Below the pieces are notes generated by a model. It searched no databases. It saw only the letters and a program-made list of their open reading frames with translations, and was not told the origin of the DNA. A DNA stretch of 64,000 nt from Proteiniphilum sp. (GTDB lineage: Bacteria > Bacteroidota > Bacteroidia > Bacteroidales > Dysgonomonadaceae), in NCBI GenBank assembly GCA_036733365.1, contig DAINAS010000006.1:26666-90665 (forward strand), given 5' to 3'. Shown one piece after another: positions 40,330 to 50,124 of this stretch (positions are counted from its first letter, which is position 1; every line of letters begins with the position of its first letter). The position numbers were made by a program, and so were the translations under genes.

Positions 40330-40626
40330 TTACTCTTCCTCTTCTGTCACCTCGGGTTGGTGTTCTGGTTCGGGGTAACTTTCAAGCCCCAGGATCTTGA
40401 GGGCCTTGTCGAAAATGGTGGTATCGTCCAGTACAACTATACCACCATTTGGTCCCGGCTCAATATGTATCCCCACACTTTTACCTTCCTTAAAATTGTA
40501 TCCGCCAAAATAGTTGCGCACGGTTTCGGGTTTCATTTCCAGTTCTGCGGCTATTTGGTGGATACTTCCATCAGGGAGTTTGTCTTTCAGTTCTCTCAGC
40601 TCATTAAAGGTAATTGTTCTTGCCAT
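40330..40626 (-). CDS. small conserved hypothetical protein, possible HTH DNA-binding
   Basis: 98 aa with its own TAAATTTG box (40657-40664) and terminator (40274-40319). HTH-like segment SIHQIAAELEMKPETVRNY. Confidence 0.35.
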   Translation of the reverse strand: MARTITFNELRELKDKLPDGSIHQIAAELEMKPETVRNYFGGYNFKEGKSVGIHIEPGPNGGIVVLDDTTIFDKALKILGLESYPEPEHQPEVTEEEE

Positions 40627-40656
40627 GGCTTTTTATTTTAGTTGATAATTCCGTAA

Positions 40657-40664
40657 CAAATTTA
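40657..40664 (-). promoter_or_regulatory. -7 box TAAATTTG (98-aa gene)
   Basis: Exact match on the minus strand 31 nt upstream of ATG 40626. Confidence 0.4.
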
Positions 40665-40758
40665 TTTGATGCCTTAAACTTACGGAAAAAAAAAGAGATT
40701 CCAAACTTTTTCCTCAAAATCTTTGTGAAAAGAGGAGTAAACGGCCGGGCTTAATTTT

Positions 40759-41457
40759 TCAGTGTGGCAGAGATGCCATCAGGGGGCTGAATAGAGTCAA
40801 CAGAAAGAGGTAGGCAAGAATGAACATTGCCAGCCAATTGCCCTGTTTTCTGTAGTAAAGTGTGCCGGCTGAAAGATCTTGAGTTGCAGGCAGTCGGCTT
40901 AACAGAAGTATCATCAGCCGATAGAGCAGAAAAGCCAGCAATGAACCGGCCAGCATACCCGCCACAATGTCGGAGATGAAGTGTACCCCCAAATAAATTC
41001 GGGTGTAGCTGTTGAGTAACGCCCAGCTGAGTGCTGCAAGTGTTACACCACGGTGACGAAAGAGCAGTGAGAGGAAGACGGCCAATCCGAAGCTGTTGGT
41101 GGCATGTCCTGAGATGAATCCGTACCTGCCTCCACGATAGCCGTTGACGATGTCCACAAGCTCTTTAAAATCGGGATGATGTGTGGGCCGAAAGCGCTCA
41201 AAAAAAGGCTTGCAGAAACCAGATGAGAGTTGATCACTCAGCACGAACACCAGGATGAAGAAGAGGGTGACAAGCAACGCTTGCTTGCGTGGTGTCCTGT
41301 AAAAGAAGAGGAATAGAATTGCCAGAAAGAGCGGGATCCAGACAAAACGGCCGCTCACGGTCCACATCCAGTCATCCAGGAAGGAGGAGTCACTTCCGTT
41401 CAACAGAAAAAAGAGATCTCTTTCCAGGGGTATTAAATTCTCTATTGCCTCTTTCAT
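40759..41457 (-). CDS. PAP2 superfamily phosphatase
   Basis: PAP2 motifs (KPFFERFRP, SGHATNSF, SRIYLGVHFISD-like). Start at ATG 41457 matches typical N-termini (ERDLFFLLNG). Confidence 0.75.
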   Translation of the reverse strand: MKEAIENLIPLERDLFFLLNGSDSSFLDDWMWTVSGRFVWIPLFLAILFLFFYRTPRKQALLVTLFFILVFVLSDQLSSGFCKPFFERFRPTHHPDFKELVDIVNGYRGGRYGFISGHATNSFGLAVFLSLLFRHRGVTLAALSWALLNSYTRIYLGVHFISDIVAGMLAGSLLAFLLYRLMILLLSRLPATQDLSAGTLYYRKQGNWLAMFILAYLFLLTLFSPLMASLPH

Positions 41458-41504
41458 ACAGTCAGCTATTATTCGGTATTGGACAGATGACAGTTGCCAT
41501 ATTG

Positions 41505-42350
41505 TCAAATTACCTCCACATTTTTTTGCTCTGTCCAGCCAACGCTGCCGTTGGCAATTTCTACCTCATACCAGTTCCCGTCGCTATTTCTGATGCTCAC
41601 CTTCGTCCCTTCATGCAGTTCAAACAGACGGTTGCTGTTCATATCGGGAGAAGCATTCACAGCTGCAGCACCCACCATTACGATGGCTTCGTTTCGTTGC
41701 GTACGCTCTCTTTTCTGGCTGAAAGAGAAGGAGGTGGTAACAATTATCAGCAGGAGAAACAGAATACCGCTGTAAAATGCGGTTTTTCTTGCCCATAATA
41801 AACGTAAGAAAAGGAAGAGGGCAACACAAGAGAGAAACAGCAAATAGAAGATGAGACTTATCACTGCCCAACGGTTGGAGCTGTTAAGGTCTCTCACCGA
41901 CTTGAACCAATCTTGCAGGAAGAAGATACCGACATGTTCAATACGATCTTCCGTCATGTTTTGTGCAAAACGTAGGTTGTGACGAATGTCGCCATTACCG
42001 GGTTCAAGAAGGTAGGCCCGCTCATAATTCAGGATGGCTTTTGCCAATTGGTTATCCCTGAAATAGGCATTCCCAAGGTTGTAGTACAGCGTTGCCGACT
42101 CACTGTTCCGGGCAAGTGCCTCTTTCACCAGCAATTCATACTGTTGAATGCTTTTGCGGAAATCTCCTGCCCTGTATGCCTCTGCTGCTTCCTCCACCGC
42201 AGAAACAGATCTCTGTTCCATTGCTGTGGCAGCGCTATCAAGCGGTTGCTGTGGTGTGGCAATGTTCTCCTGGGCAGATATCTTGGTCAAGGGTAGACAC
42301 ATCAACAAGAGGCTGAGGCCCATCAAATGAAATAAGTTAAGCCGCATCAT
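41505..42350 (-). CDS. batE: BatE-like TPR plus SH3-domain protein
   Basis: Signal peptide, TPR repeats, TM segments and a C-terminal SH3-like domain (GTKVSIRNSDGNWYEVEIANGSVGW). Last gene of the Bat operon. Confidence 0.65.
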   Translation of the reverse strand: MMRLNLFHLMGLSLLLMCLPLTKISAQENIATPQQPLDSAATAMEQRSVSAVEEAAEAYRAGDFRKSIQQYELLVKEALARNSESATLYYNLGNAYFRDNQLAKAILNYERAYLLEPGNGDIRHNLRFAQNMTEDRIEHVGIFFLQDWFKSVRDLNSSNRWAVISLIFYLLFLSCVALFLFLRLLWARKTAFYSGILFLLLIIVTTSFSFSQKRERTQRNEAIVMVGAAAVNASPDMNSNRLFELHEGTKVSIRNSDGNWYEVEIANGSVGWTEQKNVEVI

Positions 42351-44185
42351 TTTGATTTCTTTAATCTGTTTTCCATTTCTCCAATTGCATCCAGTGTATC
42401 CTGATAAAGTTTATCCATGGCAGCATCCCCTTCTGAAGGTGCGTAGCGTGCAAATTCACAACTGTCCAGGATTTGCAGGAAGCGGTCTGTAAGCTGCCCG
42501 GAGATACCATAACTCCTCAACTCAGTCTCCACATTGTCACGCGAAAGACGTGCCACCGGTATGGAGAGCTTATCACTGAAGTAGCCCCAAAGGGCACGCA
42601 GCAATTCTTCATAGAAGTTTTCACGCTTCTGCCCCCTGAGATACTGCTCTGCTTTTTTCAGTCGCTTAAAAGCGATCTTGTTGGCTTTGCGGTTACGCAT
42701 CAGCACCACATTGGCATTCTCTCGTACCTGTTTGCGATAAATCAGGTACAACGTGATAAGCAGGAGCAGCGGGAGTAGGATCCATAGCCAGTAGCCTGTT
42801 GAACCGACAAAGAAGCTGTCTTTCCGCTGGTAGTTGGGGTCACCGGTAATCAGGAAGCGAATATCCTGTTCTACCTTCACATCCTGACGGTTCACGAAAG
42901 CTGTCGCAGGAGCAGAACCGGGTTCTCCTTTTGCAATATTCAATTGATATTCAGGAGTGGTCAATCTTTTGTAACTGCCACTTCGGGGATCAAAGTAGGT
43001 GAATTCAACAGGGGGGATGTTGTATGTCCCCTCGTAACGTGGAATGACCATATACTCAATCCGACGCATCCCCGTGAGACCGTTCGTGGTTGCGTTAACG
43101 ATGTTGTCCACCTTTGGGTCGTACTGTTCGAAATTATCAGGGAAAGGGATCTCAGGGTTTCGTATCAGCTTCAAATTACCGGTACCCGATATCTCAAGTT
43201 GCAGTGTGATCGCCTCATTTGCCCTGCTTTCTGTTTTACTGAGCACAGGCTTCAGGGTGAAGCTGCCCACAGCATTGGCATAGTTAACCGGTTTAGGCTC
43301 CGGCAGCGGTTTCACATCAATGTCAAGCGGATTGGTCCTCAATGCTTTCTTCACATCCACCATCATCTCCTGCGGACCAAAGAAGGAGGACACCTTCTTA
43401 CCGGAAGGCACCGAGAAGACCATCTCCAGACTGCCTGAGGGAATGGTAATCTTTCCGGGACGTTGTGGAAAAAGTAGTGTCTTGCGCAAATCGGCGGTAT
43501 AGTAGTTTCTGCCGTTGTATCGTTCCATCTCCAACTGTTTGTTCACCGGCAGATCGATCTCCTCCACCATAAATCCCTCAAACTCCGGAAACTGGATCTT
43601 TCCGAAATTGACCACGTTCAGGGTAGTGTACAACCGAAAAGTTACGGTGAAACCCTCCTGTTCATACAGATTGCTCTTAGAAACTATCGCCCTGATAAAG
43701 GCATCGCGCTCGGAAACTGTTGCACTTCCGCTGGCTCTCTCCGGTTGGCGATCACCACCCGGTGAAGAATCAGCCACAGTCTCATCAGGCGGCAACACTT
43801 TTATTTGCAGGCTGTTCGACTGATAGTTACTGCGATCCACGGTGATAGATGCAGCCGGGATGGTGTAGCTGCCAGCTTTACTCGCCATCAGGATATAGGT
43901 GTAGGTCACCGACATCTCAGATGTGCTTTTCCCGTTGATGATGCTTTGGCTGTAACTGGTGGAGGTGCTGGGTCCGAAAAGCAACTCTAATCCCTTTAGT
44001 TCGGGCAGTCGCAGATCACGGCCCTCCTTGTTGAGGTGATAACTAAGCCTGAACTGTTCCCCTTCAACCACTGTAGCCGGGGCAGTTGCCTTGAAAGTTA
44101 CCTGCGCCACACTCAATGGGGCGTTGGAGGCAAGCATTCCCAAAAGTAAGATAAGAATGAACTCTATATTTTTCTTCTGTTTCAT
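42347..44185 (-). CDS. batD: BatD-like oxygen-tolerance protein
   Basis: Start at ATG 44185 (MKQKKNIEFILILLLG signal peptide), a large beta-rich ectodomain and a C-terminal TM helix. 612 aa. Confidence 0.7.
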   Translation of the reverse strand: MKQKKNIEFILILLLGMLASNAPLSVAQVTFKATAPATVVEGEQFRLSYHLNKEGRDLRLPELKGLELLFGPSTSTSYSQSIINGKSTSEMSVTYTYILMASKAGSYTIPAASITVDRSNYQSNSLQIKVLPPDETVADSSPGGDRQPERASGSATVSERDAFIRAIVSKSNLYEQEGFTVTFRLYTTLNVVNFGKIQFPEFEGFMVEEIDLPVNKQLEMERYNGRNYYTADLRKTLLFPQRPGKITIPSGSLEMVFSVPSGKKVSSFFGPQEMMVDVKKALRTNPLDIDVKPLPEPKPVNYANAVGSFTLKPVLSKTESRANEAITLQLEISGTGNLKLIRNPEIPFPDNFEQYDPKVDNIVNATTNGLTGMRRIEYMVIPRYEGTYNIPPVEFTYFDPRSGSYKRLTTPEYQLNIAKGEPGSAPATAFVNRQDVKVEQDIRFLITGDPNYQRKDSFFVGSTGYWLWILLPLLLLITLYLIYRKQVRENANVVLMRNRKANKIAFKRLKKAEQYLRGQKRENFYEELLRALWGYFSDKLSIPVARLSRDNVETELRSYGISGQLTDRFLQILDSCEFARYAPSEGDAAMDKLYQDTLDAIGEMENRLKKSK

Positions 44186-44198
44186 CTGTTTTGCAACG

Positions 44199-44921
44199 CT
44201 ACCAGTTTCTGTTGTTACGTCTGTTATCTTCCGCTTTCTGCTCTCTCTCCTGAGCCTTGATCTGCTGTACCTTCTCCTGTGTCTGTTGCTCATCCTGCTC
44301 GATTGCCTGAAGCAATTGACGGGCATTGTCGCGTGACATTTGTTCCGGTTGCTCGGGTTGTTCCGCCCGCTGTTCCTGTTGATCCTGTGGCTGGCTCTGC
44401 GGCTGTTGATCCTCTTGCTGCTCTTGCTGTTGGTCCTGTTGATCCTCACCCTGATCCTGCTGATCATCCTGCTGATCCTGAATCATCTTTTGCACCACCG
44501 CCAGGTTGTAACGCGACTCATCGTCTTGTGGATTGAGTCGAAGTGCCATCTTATAGGCTTCCATGGATTGCTGCAGCTCTTTCTTCTGTAACAGCGTATT
44601 GCCGATGTTGTGCCACCCCGCTGATGCCTCTTCCGGGTTCTCCTGTTCCAAACCTACAAAATGCTGATACTGTTCTGTAGCTTTGTCCCACTCCTTCTGT
44701 CGATAAAAGGTATTGCCCAGGTTGAAGATGGCCTCCTTTGATTCCGGATTCTCCTCTGCCGCCTTCCCATAAAAGCCGGCTGCATCAGAGTACTTCTGCT
44801 GTTCATACTGCTTGTTCCCTTTTCGGATGTTTTTCCTGACCTCTTTCTGCGCAAACAGCGAGAAGGGAAGAGATGCCGTTATCAGAAAAAAAAGGGCTTT
44901 TATGATTACTGTTCGTCTCAT
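44199..44921 (-). CDS. batC: BatC-like TPR protein with Q/D/E-rich tail
   Basis: Signal peptide, TPR repeats, then a QDQQDDQQDQGEDQQDQQQEQQ low-complexity tail. Confidence 0.7.
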   Translation of the reverse strand: MRRTVIIKALFFLITASLPFSLFAQKEVRKNIRKGNKQYEQQKYSDAAGFYGKAAEENPESKEAIFNLGNTFYRQKEWDKATEQYQHFVGLEQENPEEASAGWHNIGNTLLQKKELQQSMEAYKMALRLNPQDDESRYNLAVVQKMIQDQQDDQQDQGEDQQDQQQEQQEDQQPQSQPQDQQEQRAEQPEQPEQMSRDNARQLLQAIEQDEQQTQEKVQQIKAQEREQKAEDNRRNNRNW

Positions 44922-45940
44922 CTGAATAACCTCACGTTTCTGAACAATCTATTTTTCTTGTCGTAAATGAGCACCTCCACCAGGAGGATAATCAACAAAA
45001 CCCACCCAAGCAAGGGGAATTGCTCGTCATATTCGGAATAGGAAAGCGAAGCGGTGCGTGTCGTTTCCAACTCATCCAAATGTACTTCCAGTGCTCGGAT
45101 AGCCCTGTTCGAGTTATCGGCGCGAACATAAAGACCTCCACCAAGGCGGGCAATCTCCATCGCCATCTCCTCGTTCAGTCGTGAGACCACAACGTTCCCT
45201 TCACTGTCGGCAAGATAATTGCTGTTATTGTCTCCGCCAGGAAGAGGAGAGCCCTCGGGAGAACCAACTCCCAACACGTTGATCATCACTCCCGCCTCGG
45301 CAGCCTTGGCAGCTTGTTCAGCAGCGTTACCTTCATGATCCTCTCCGTCGGTGATGATCACCATCGCACGGCTCACCTCTTCATCCGCAGAGAAGGAGGT
45401 CATGCCCAGGCTGATGGCTTGCGCAATAGCGGTACCCTGTACCGGTACAAGCGAAGGGTCGATTGTATTGAGAAAGATCTTCGCCGACTGTGTGTCAGAG
45501 GTGAGGGGCATCTGGACATATGCCTCCCCCGCGAAGACGATCAGTGCCACCTTGTCGTTCCGGCGCACGTCAATAAGGCGAGAGAGAATCTGGCGTGCCC
45601 GGCTCAACCGGTCTGGTGAGAGATCCCTGGCAAGCATCGAATTGGAAACATCAATGGCGATTACCAGCTCGATGCCCTCCTTCTCAACGGTTTCCACTTT
45701 GGTACCGAATTGCGGGCGGGCAACCAGTAAAATACCGGTACAGAGGGCTGCGAAAATGAACCAGAATTTCAGGTATGAGCGTTTCAGCGAGAGCTCGGGC
45801 ATCATCAATCTGAGCGTGTTGAGACTTCCCATCTTCTGCACATCTTTTCGCTTCCTGATGTTCAGATAGAGGTAAACAGCCAGCAACAGAGGCATGGCAG
45901 CAAATAGCCACAGATATTCCGGATTTCCGAATCTAAACAT
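44918..45940 (-). CDS. batB: VWA domain protein BatB
   Basis: N-terminal TM helices, MIDAS motif DVSNSM, C-terminal TM helix. Confidence 0.8.
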   Translation of the reverse strand: MFRFGNPEYLWLFAAMPLLLAVYLYLNIRKRKDVQKMGSLNTLRLMMPELSLKRSYLKFWFIFAALCTGILLVARPQFGTKVETVEKEGIELVIAIDVSNSMLARDLSPDRLSRARQILSRLIDVRRNDKVALIVFAGEAYVQMPLTSDTQSAKIFLNTIDPSLVPVQGTAIAQAISLGMTSFSADEEVSRAMVIITDGEDHEGNAAEQAAKAAEAGVMINVLGVGSPEGSPLPGGDNNSNYLADSEGNVVVSRLNEEMAMEIARLGGGLYVRADNSNRAIRALEVHLDELETTRTASLSYSEYDEQFPLLGWVLLIILLVEVLIYDKKNRLFRNVRLFR

Positions 45941-46002
45941 TCTATTTACACTTCTCTTGTTTCATTCATACTCAATCATTCCTGCTGCCGTCACTTCAAT
46001 GG

Positions 46003-46992
46003 TCACGGTATGCTTCTCAACCAGGTACGTCTCAACAGCAGTTCCAGCAAAATCAATGCCAGGGCAGCCAGTGCCCATGGAAGAAACAGCTCCTGTCGTC
46101 TCGTCACATTCTGTACACTGATCAGATACTTCTCCATTTCGTCAATCTCATTGTAGACCTGACGCAGTCCTTCGGTATCCTGTGCACGGAAGTATTGGCC
46201 ACCGGTCATGGCTGCAATCTCGGTGAGCGTTTCCTCATCGATGTCTACCGGCATGTTCTGCATACGGATGCCATAGGGTGTATTGACCGGTGTTGGGGCC
46301 ATTCCCTTGGTACCGACACCCACCGTGTAGACCCTTATCCCGTAAGAGCGTGCCAGGTCGGCTGCCGTGAGCGGCGCAATCTGACCGCTGTTATTGGTGC
46401 CGTCGGTAAGCAGGATTACCACCTTCGACTGCGACTGGCTATCCTTCAGTCGGTTCACTGAGGTGGCCAGTCCAAGACCGATGGCAGTACCGTCGTCGAT
46501 CATGCCGAAGTTAATCTCGTTGAGCAGGTTCAGTAACACCTTGTGGTCGGTGGTGAGAGGACATTGTGTGAAACTCTCTCCCGCGAAGATCACCAGTCCG
46601 ATGTTGTCGTTGCTGCGATCGGTGATGAACTCGGCAGCCACCTTTCTGGCAGCTTGTAGTCGGTCTGGCTGCAAATCCTGCGCCAGCATGGAGCCGGAGA
46701 CGTCGAGTGCCATCACGATGTCGATTCCCTGTGTTTCTGACTCTTCCCAGCTGCTTACCGACTGGGGACGGGCAATGACCACGATCACCAGCGTTATAGA
46801 GAGGAGCCGAAGAACGAAGGGGAAGTGTCGCATGTAGACCCTGAAACCGGGTTTCATGCCTTTGAAAGCATTTGCCGAGGCAAGCCTGAAGGAGGCCTGC
46901 GCCTTTGAAAGGCGCACCACGTACCAGGCCGTCAACGGTATTAGCAACAGCAGCAGATAGAGATATTCAGGATGCAAAAATTCCATGTCCAT
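46003..46992 (-). CDS. batA: VWA domain protein BatA
   Basis: N-terminal TM helices, MIDAS motif DVSGSM, C-terminal TM helix. Confidence 0.8.
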   Translation of the reverse strand: MDMEFLHPEYLYLLLLLIPLTAWYVVRLSKAQASFRLASANAFKGMKPGFRVYMRHFPFVLRLLSITLVIVVIARPQSVSSWEESETQGIDIVMALDVSGSMLAQDLQPDRLQAARKVAAEFITDRSNDNIGLVIFAGESFTQCPLTTDHKVLLNLLNEINFGMIDDGTAIGLGLATSVNRLKDSQSQSKVVILLTDGTNNSGQIAPLTAADLARSYGIRVYTVGVGTKGMAPTPVNTPYGIRMQNMPVDIDEETLTEIAAMTGGQYFRAQDTEGLRQVYNEIDEMEKYLISVQNVTRRQELFLPWALAALALILLELLLRRTWLRSIP

Positions 46993-46998
46993 TCACGC

Positions 46999-48042
46999 TT
47001 ATTCATTTTCCGAATACGAACTGTCCGCTTTTCCTCCATTCTGTTTAGGATCGGGCAGGAGCTCATCTTCTTTTGTCTGATTCACGAAGAAATAGGCATT
47101 CACCATGCTCAGATCGTTCTCATCAGAATAGGGCTTGTATTTTGCAAACTTCACCAGGTCGGCGGTAGTGAGGATCTGCTTCAGGTTGTCGTATATGGAG
47201 TCGGTTTCAGCCACCTTGCGTATAGATCGCAGTATCTCCCCTGAAGTCATCTCCATAGCTTGTATCCCTTCCCGCTCCCAAATGTAGGATCTCAGGATAT
47301 CCGTCAGCCGGCTGTAGAACTCTTTCTCCCGACCCTGCAACCATATCTTCTCCTGTTTGAGCTTGTCGAGCTCTCTCACGGCGCGAACGTGTGCAGGGAG
47401 TATCTCGGGCGGCTTGAAGAAATAGCCTTTTCTTTTTTTCCGCAGCACCAGGTATATTGCCAGACCTATCAATGCCAATAAGAGCATTACACCCATCAGG
47501 ATCCACAGCAGCCAAAGATAATCGGTCCAGACGAAAGGGGCTTTGCGGACTGCCTTTATATCGTTGAGCTGCAACTGATCGAAATCTATGGAGTCAGTCT
47601 CACCCTTGTTGATTCGCTCAAGGTAGGCCAGCGTAGAGTCAGAGAGCTGAGGTGAAGTCACCTTCAGACCGAACGAGTTGGAGAGGATGGTATCCTTCCC
47701 GTCGAAGATGGGAATATGGGGAACATGATAGAGGGTAGAGTCGAATGAGGTGATCAGGTAGCGGAAATTGAGCGTCATCACGTTGTTCTCGATGGTGGTG
47801 TCCGGTGGCAACATGGCAATCACCTCGATTCCGGGAATGATCTCTTTCTCATACACCGGGAAATGGATGGTTTTCTCTTTGGGTGTGATCACTTTCAGAT
47901 TGATCACCGCCTGCTCCCCGATCAGGATCTCGGAAGGCTGCACGGTGGCATTCACAGATGCACGCTGGGCCTGGAGCCCTCCCCCCAGCAGGAAGGAGAG
48001 CGATGCAAGTATCACTTTGAGCACCCATCCATTATATCTCAT
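46999..48042 (-). CDS. Bat-operon membrane protein of unknown function
   Basis: Signal peptide, beta-rich N-domain, central TM helix (LWLLWILMGVMLLLALIGLAIYLVL) and a helical C-domain. ATG at 48042; the ORF-track start at 48054 is a TTG. Confidence 0.5.
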   Translation of the reverse strand: MRYNGWVLKVILASLSFLLGGGLQAQRASVNATVQPSEILIGEQAVINLKVITPKEKTIHFPVYEKEIIPGIEVIAMLPPDTTIENNVMTLNFRYLITSFDSTLYHVPHIPIFDGKDTILSNSFGLKVTSPQLSDSTLAYLERINKGETDSIDFDQLQLNDIKAVRKAPFVWTDYLWLLWILMGVMLLLALIGLAIYLVLRKKRKGYFFKPPEILPAHVRAVRELDKLKQEKIWLQGREKEFYSRLTDILRSYIWEREGIQAMEMTSGEILRSIRKVAETDSIYDNLKQILTTADLVKFAKYKPYSDENDLSMVNAYFFVNQTKEDELLPDPKQNGGKADSSYSENE

Positions 48043-48056
48043 CTTTGTATCCAAAT

Positions 48057-48926
48057 CTATCTTCTTTGTTGGAGTAGTTGCAACAATGACTTCACATAAT
48101 CACTCTCGGTAGAAACTGAGACACTGTCCACCCCGCTTTGGCGGGTGGCAGTTATCATCTTCTCCTGTAGCCTTTTCCACCAGTCGCGGTATTGCACTTG
48201 TACCCGTTTCGATGAACTGTCGATCCACTGTTCACCGCCTGTCTCAGGATCCCACACCTTCATCAGTCCCACCGGTTGGAGAGCAGTGCTTAGTTGGTCA
48301 TACACCTGAATGGCCATCAGGTCATGCTTACGGCTGGCAATCTGCATCGCTTTCTGGTAGTCATCTGTATCAATAAAGTCAGAAATCAGAAAGGCAGTGC
48401 AACGCTTCTTGATGGCATTGGTCATGTAACGCAACGCCATGTTGAGGTCTGTACCGTTGCTCTCGGGTGTAAAACCCAGGATTTCCCGAATGATGAAGAG
48501 GATATGTTTCCTCCCCTTCTGTGGTGGGATAAACTTCTCCACCTTATCGGTGAAGAAGATCACGCCTATCTTGTCGTTATTCTGTATCGCCGAGAAGGCG
48601 AGTGTGGCAGCTATCTCCGCCACCATGTCACGTTTAAGTATTGACCGTGACCCGAAGCCAAGACTTTCCGACACATCAATCATCAACATCACTGTTAGCT
48701 CACGCTCCTCTTCAAAGATCTTGATGTAGGGACGGTTGTAACGAGCGGTCACGTTCCAGTCGATGTCGCGCATATCGTCGCCGTAACGGTACTCCCTCAC
48801 CTCTGAAAAAGCCATGCCACGTCCCTTAAAAGCAGAATGGTACTCACCCGCGAAGATGTTTCGCGAGAGACCCCTTGCTTTTATCTCAATGTGACGTACT
48901 TTCTTGATCAGGTCGGTTGCTTCCAT
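48057..48926 (-). CDS. DUF58 domain protein (MoxR-associated)
   Basis: GEYHSAFKGRGMAFSEVREYRYGDDMRDIDW motif typical of DUF58; follows moxR. Confidence 0.75.
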   Translation of the reverse strand: MEATDLIKKVRHIEIKARGLSRNIFAGEYHSAFKGRGMAFSEVREYRYGDDMRDIDWNVTARYNRPYIKIFEEERELTVMLMIDVSESLGFGSRSILKRDMVAEIAATLAFSAIQNNDKIGVIFFTDKVEKFIPPQKGRKHILFIIREILGFTPESNGTDLNMALRYMTNAIKKRCTAFLISDFIDTDDYQKAMQIASRKHDLMAIQVYDQLSTALQPVGLMKVWDPETGGEQWIDSSSKRVQVQYRDWWKRLQEKMITATRQSGVDSVSVSTESDYVKSLLQLLQQRR

Positions 48927-48997
48927 ATAGAATTGCAGTTTCTCCCCGTGGGATGTTACAGCGTTGAGTAAATCATCTCTGTTCTGTCTCTTGCCGA

Positions 48998-49993
48998 TCA
49001 GGGTACCTCCACCTTGTTGAGTATCTCGCTGACAATCTCCTCGCTGGTCATGTTGTTGGCTTCTGCTTCATAGGTGAGCCCAATACGATGGCGCAGCACG
49101 TCGTGACAAACAGCCCGAATATCTTCGGGAATCACGTAGCCGCGACGCTTGATAAAGGCAAAGGCGCGTGCGGCCAATGCCAGGTTGATCGAAGCACGGG
49201 GTGAGGCACCGAAGCCAATCATATCTTTTAGGTGTGCCATACCGAACTGTTCGGGGAAACGTGTTGCGAAAACGATGTCGACGATATACTTGCTAATCTT
49301 CTCATCAATATATACCTCTCGCACCACCTTGCGTGCTTCCAGGATCTCCTGGGTGGTAATGACCGGCTTATCGGTGGTCAACGGCTCAAAGATGTTCTGC
49401 CGGATGATCTGCTTCTCCTCCTCACGTGAGGGGTAACTGATCACCACTTTCAGCATAAAACGGTCTACCTGTGCCTCCGGCAGCGGGTAGGTTCCCTCCT
49501 GCTCGATAGGGTTCTGGGTAGCCATCACCAGAAAGGGACTGGGGAGGGAATAGGTCTCCTCGCCAATGGTCACCTGCCGCTCCTGCATTGCTTCCAGGAG
49601 GGCACTCTGCACCTTGGCGGGGGCCCTGTTGATCTCATCGGCCAGCACAAAATTGGCGAAGATGGGACCATGTTTCACCTGGAACTCCTCCTTACGCTGA
49701 CTGTAAATCATGGTGCCCACCACATCGGCAGGCAAGAGGTCGGGTGTGAACTGAATGCGGCTGTAGTCGGCATCTATCAGCTGCGACAGCGTTTTGATGG
49801 CTAACGTTTTGGCGAGACCCGGCACTCCTTCCAGCAGGATATGACCGTCGGAGAGAAGTCCGATCAGCAGTGATTCCACCAGATGCTTCTGCCCCACAAT
49901 CACCCTGTTCATGCCGGTGACGAGGGTCTGCACGAAAACACTCTTCTGTTCAATTCTATCGTTTAGCTCTTTGATATCGACAACTTGGCTCAT
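48998..49993 (-). CDS. moxR: MoxR family AAA+ ATPase
   Basis: Walker A GVPGLAKT, Walker B LADEINRA, 331 aa. Confidence 0.9.
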   Translation of the reverse strand: MSQVVDIKELNDRIEQKSVFVQTLVTGMNRVIVGQKHLVESLLIGLLSDGHILLEGVPGLAKTLAIKTLSQLIDADYSRIQFTPDLLPADVVGTMIYSQRKEEFQVKHGPIFANFVLADEINRAPAKVQSALLEAMQERQVTIGEETYSLPSPFLVMATQNPIEQEGTYPLPEAQVDRFMLKVVISYPSREEEKQIIRQNIFEPLTTDKPVITTQEILEARKVVREVYIDEKISKYIVDIVFATRFPEQFGMAHLKDMIGFGASPRASINLALAARAFAFIKRRGYVIPEDIRAVCHDVLRHRIGLTYEAEANNMTSEEIVSEILNKVEVP

Positions 49994-50033
49994 TTTGTTG
50001 ATTGTTAAAAATTGGTTCTCAGGATATGGGATA

Positions 50034-50041
50034 CAAAAATA
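50034..50041 (-). promoter_or_regulatory. -7 box TATTTTTG (Bat operon, moxR first)
   Basis: Exact match on the minus strand 41 nt upstream of ATG 49993. Confidence 0.4.
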
Positions 50042-50124
50042 GAAATGTTAAATCGGTTTTCGGTGGAATCCCCGTTAAAAATGTTTAAGTGACAGGGCTT
50101 TCTCAACGCACTCTCAATATCAGA

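Noticed and set aside
42347-44467. 706-aa version of the batD ORF with an Arg/Ser/Asn-rich N-terminal extension overlapping batC
   Set aside because: The extension (44186-44467) is a frame-shadow of the batC low-complexity repeat. A canonical signal peptide begins at ATG 44185, 13 nt after the batC stop.
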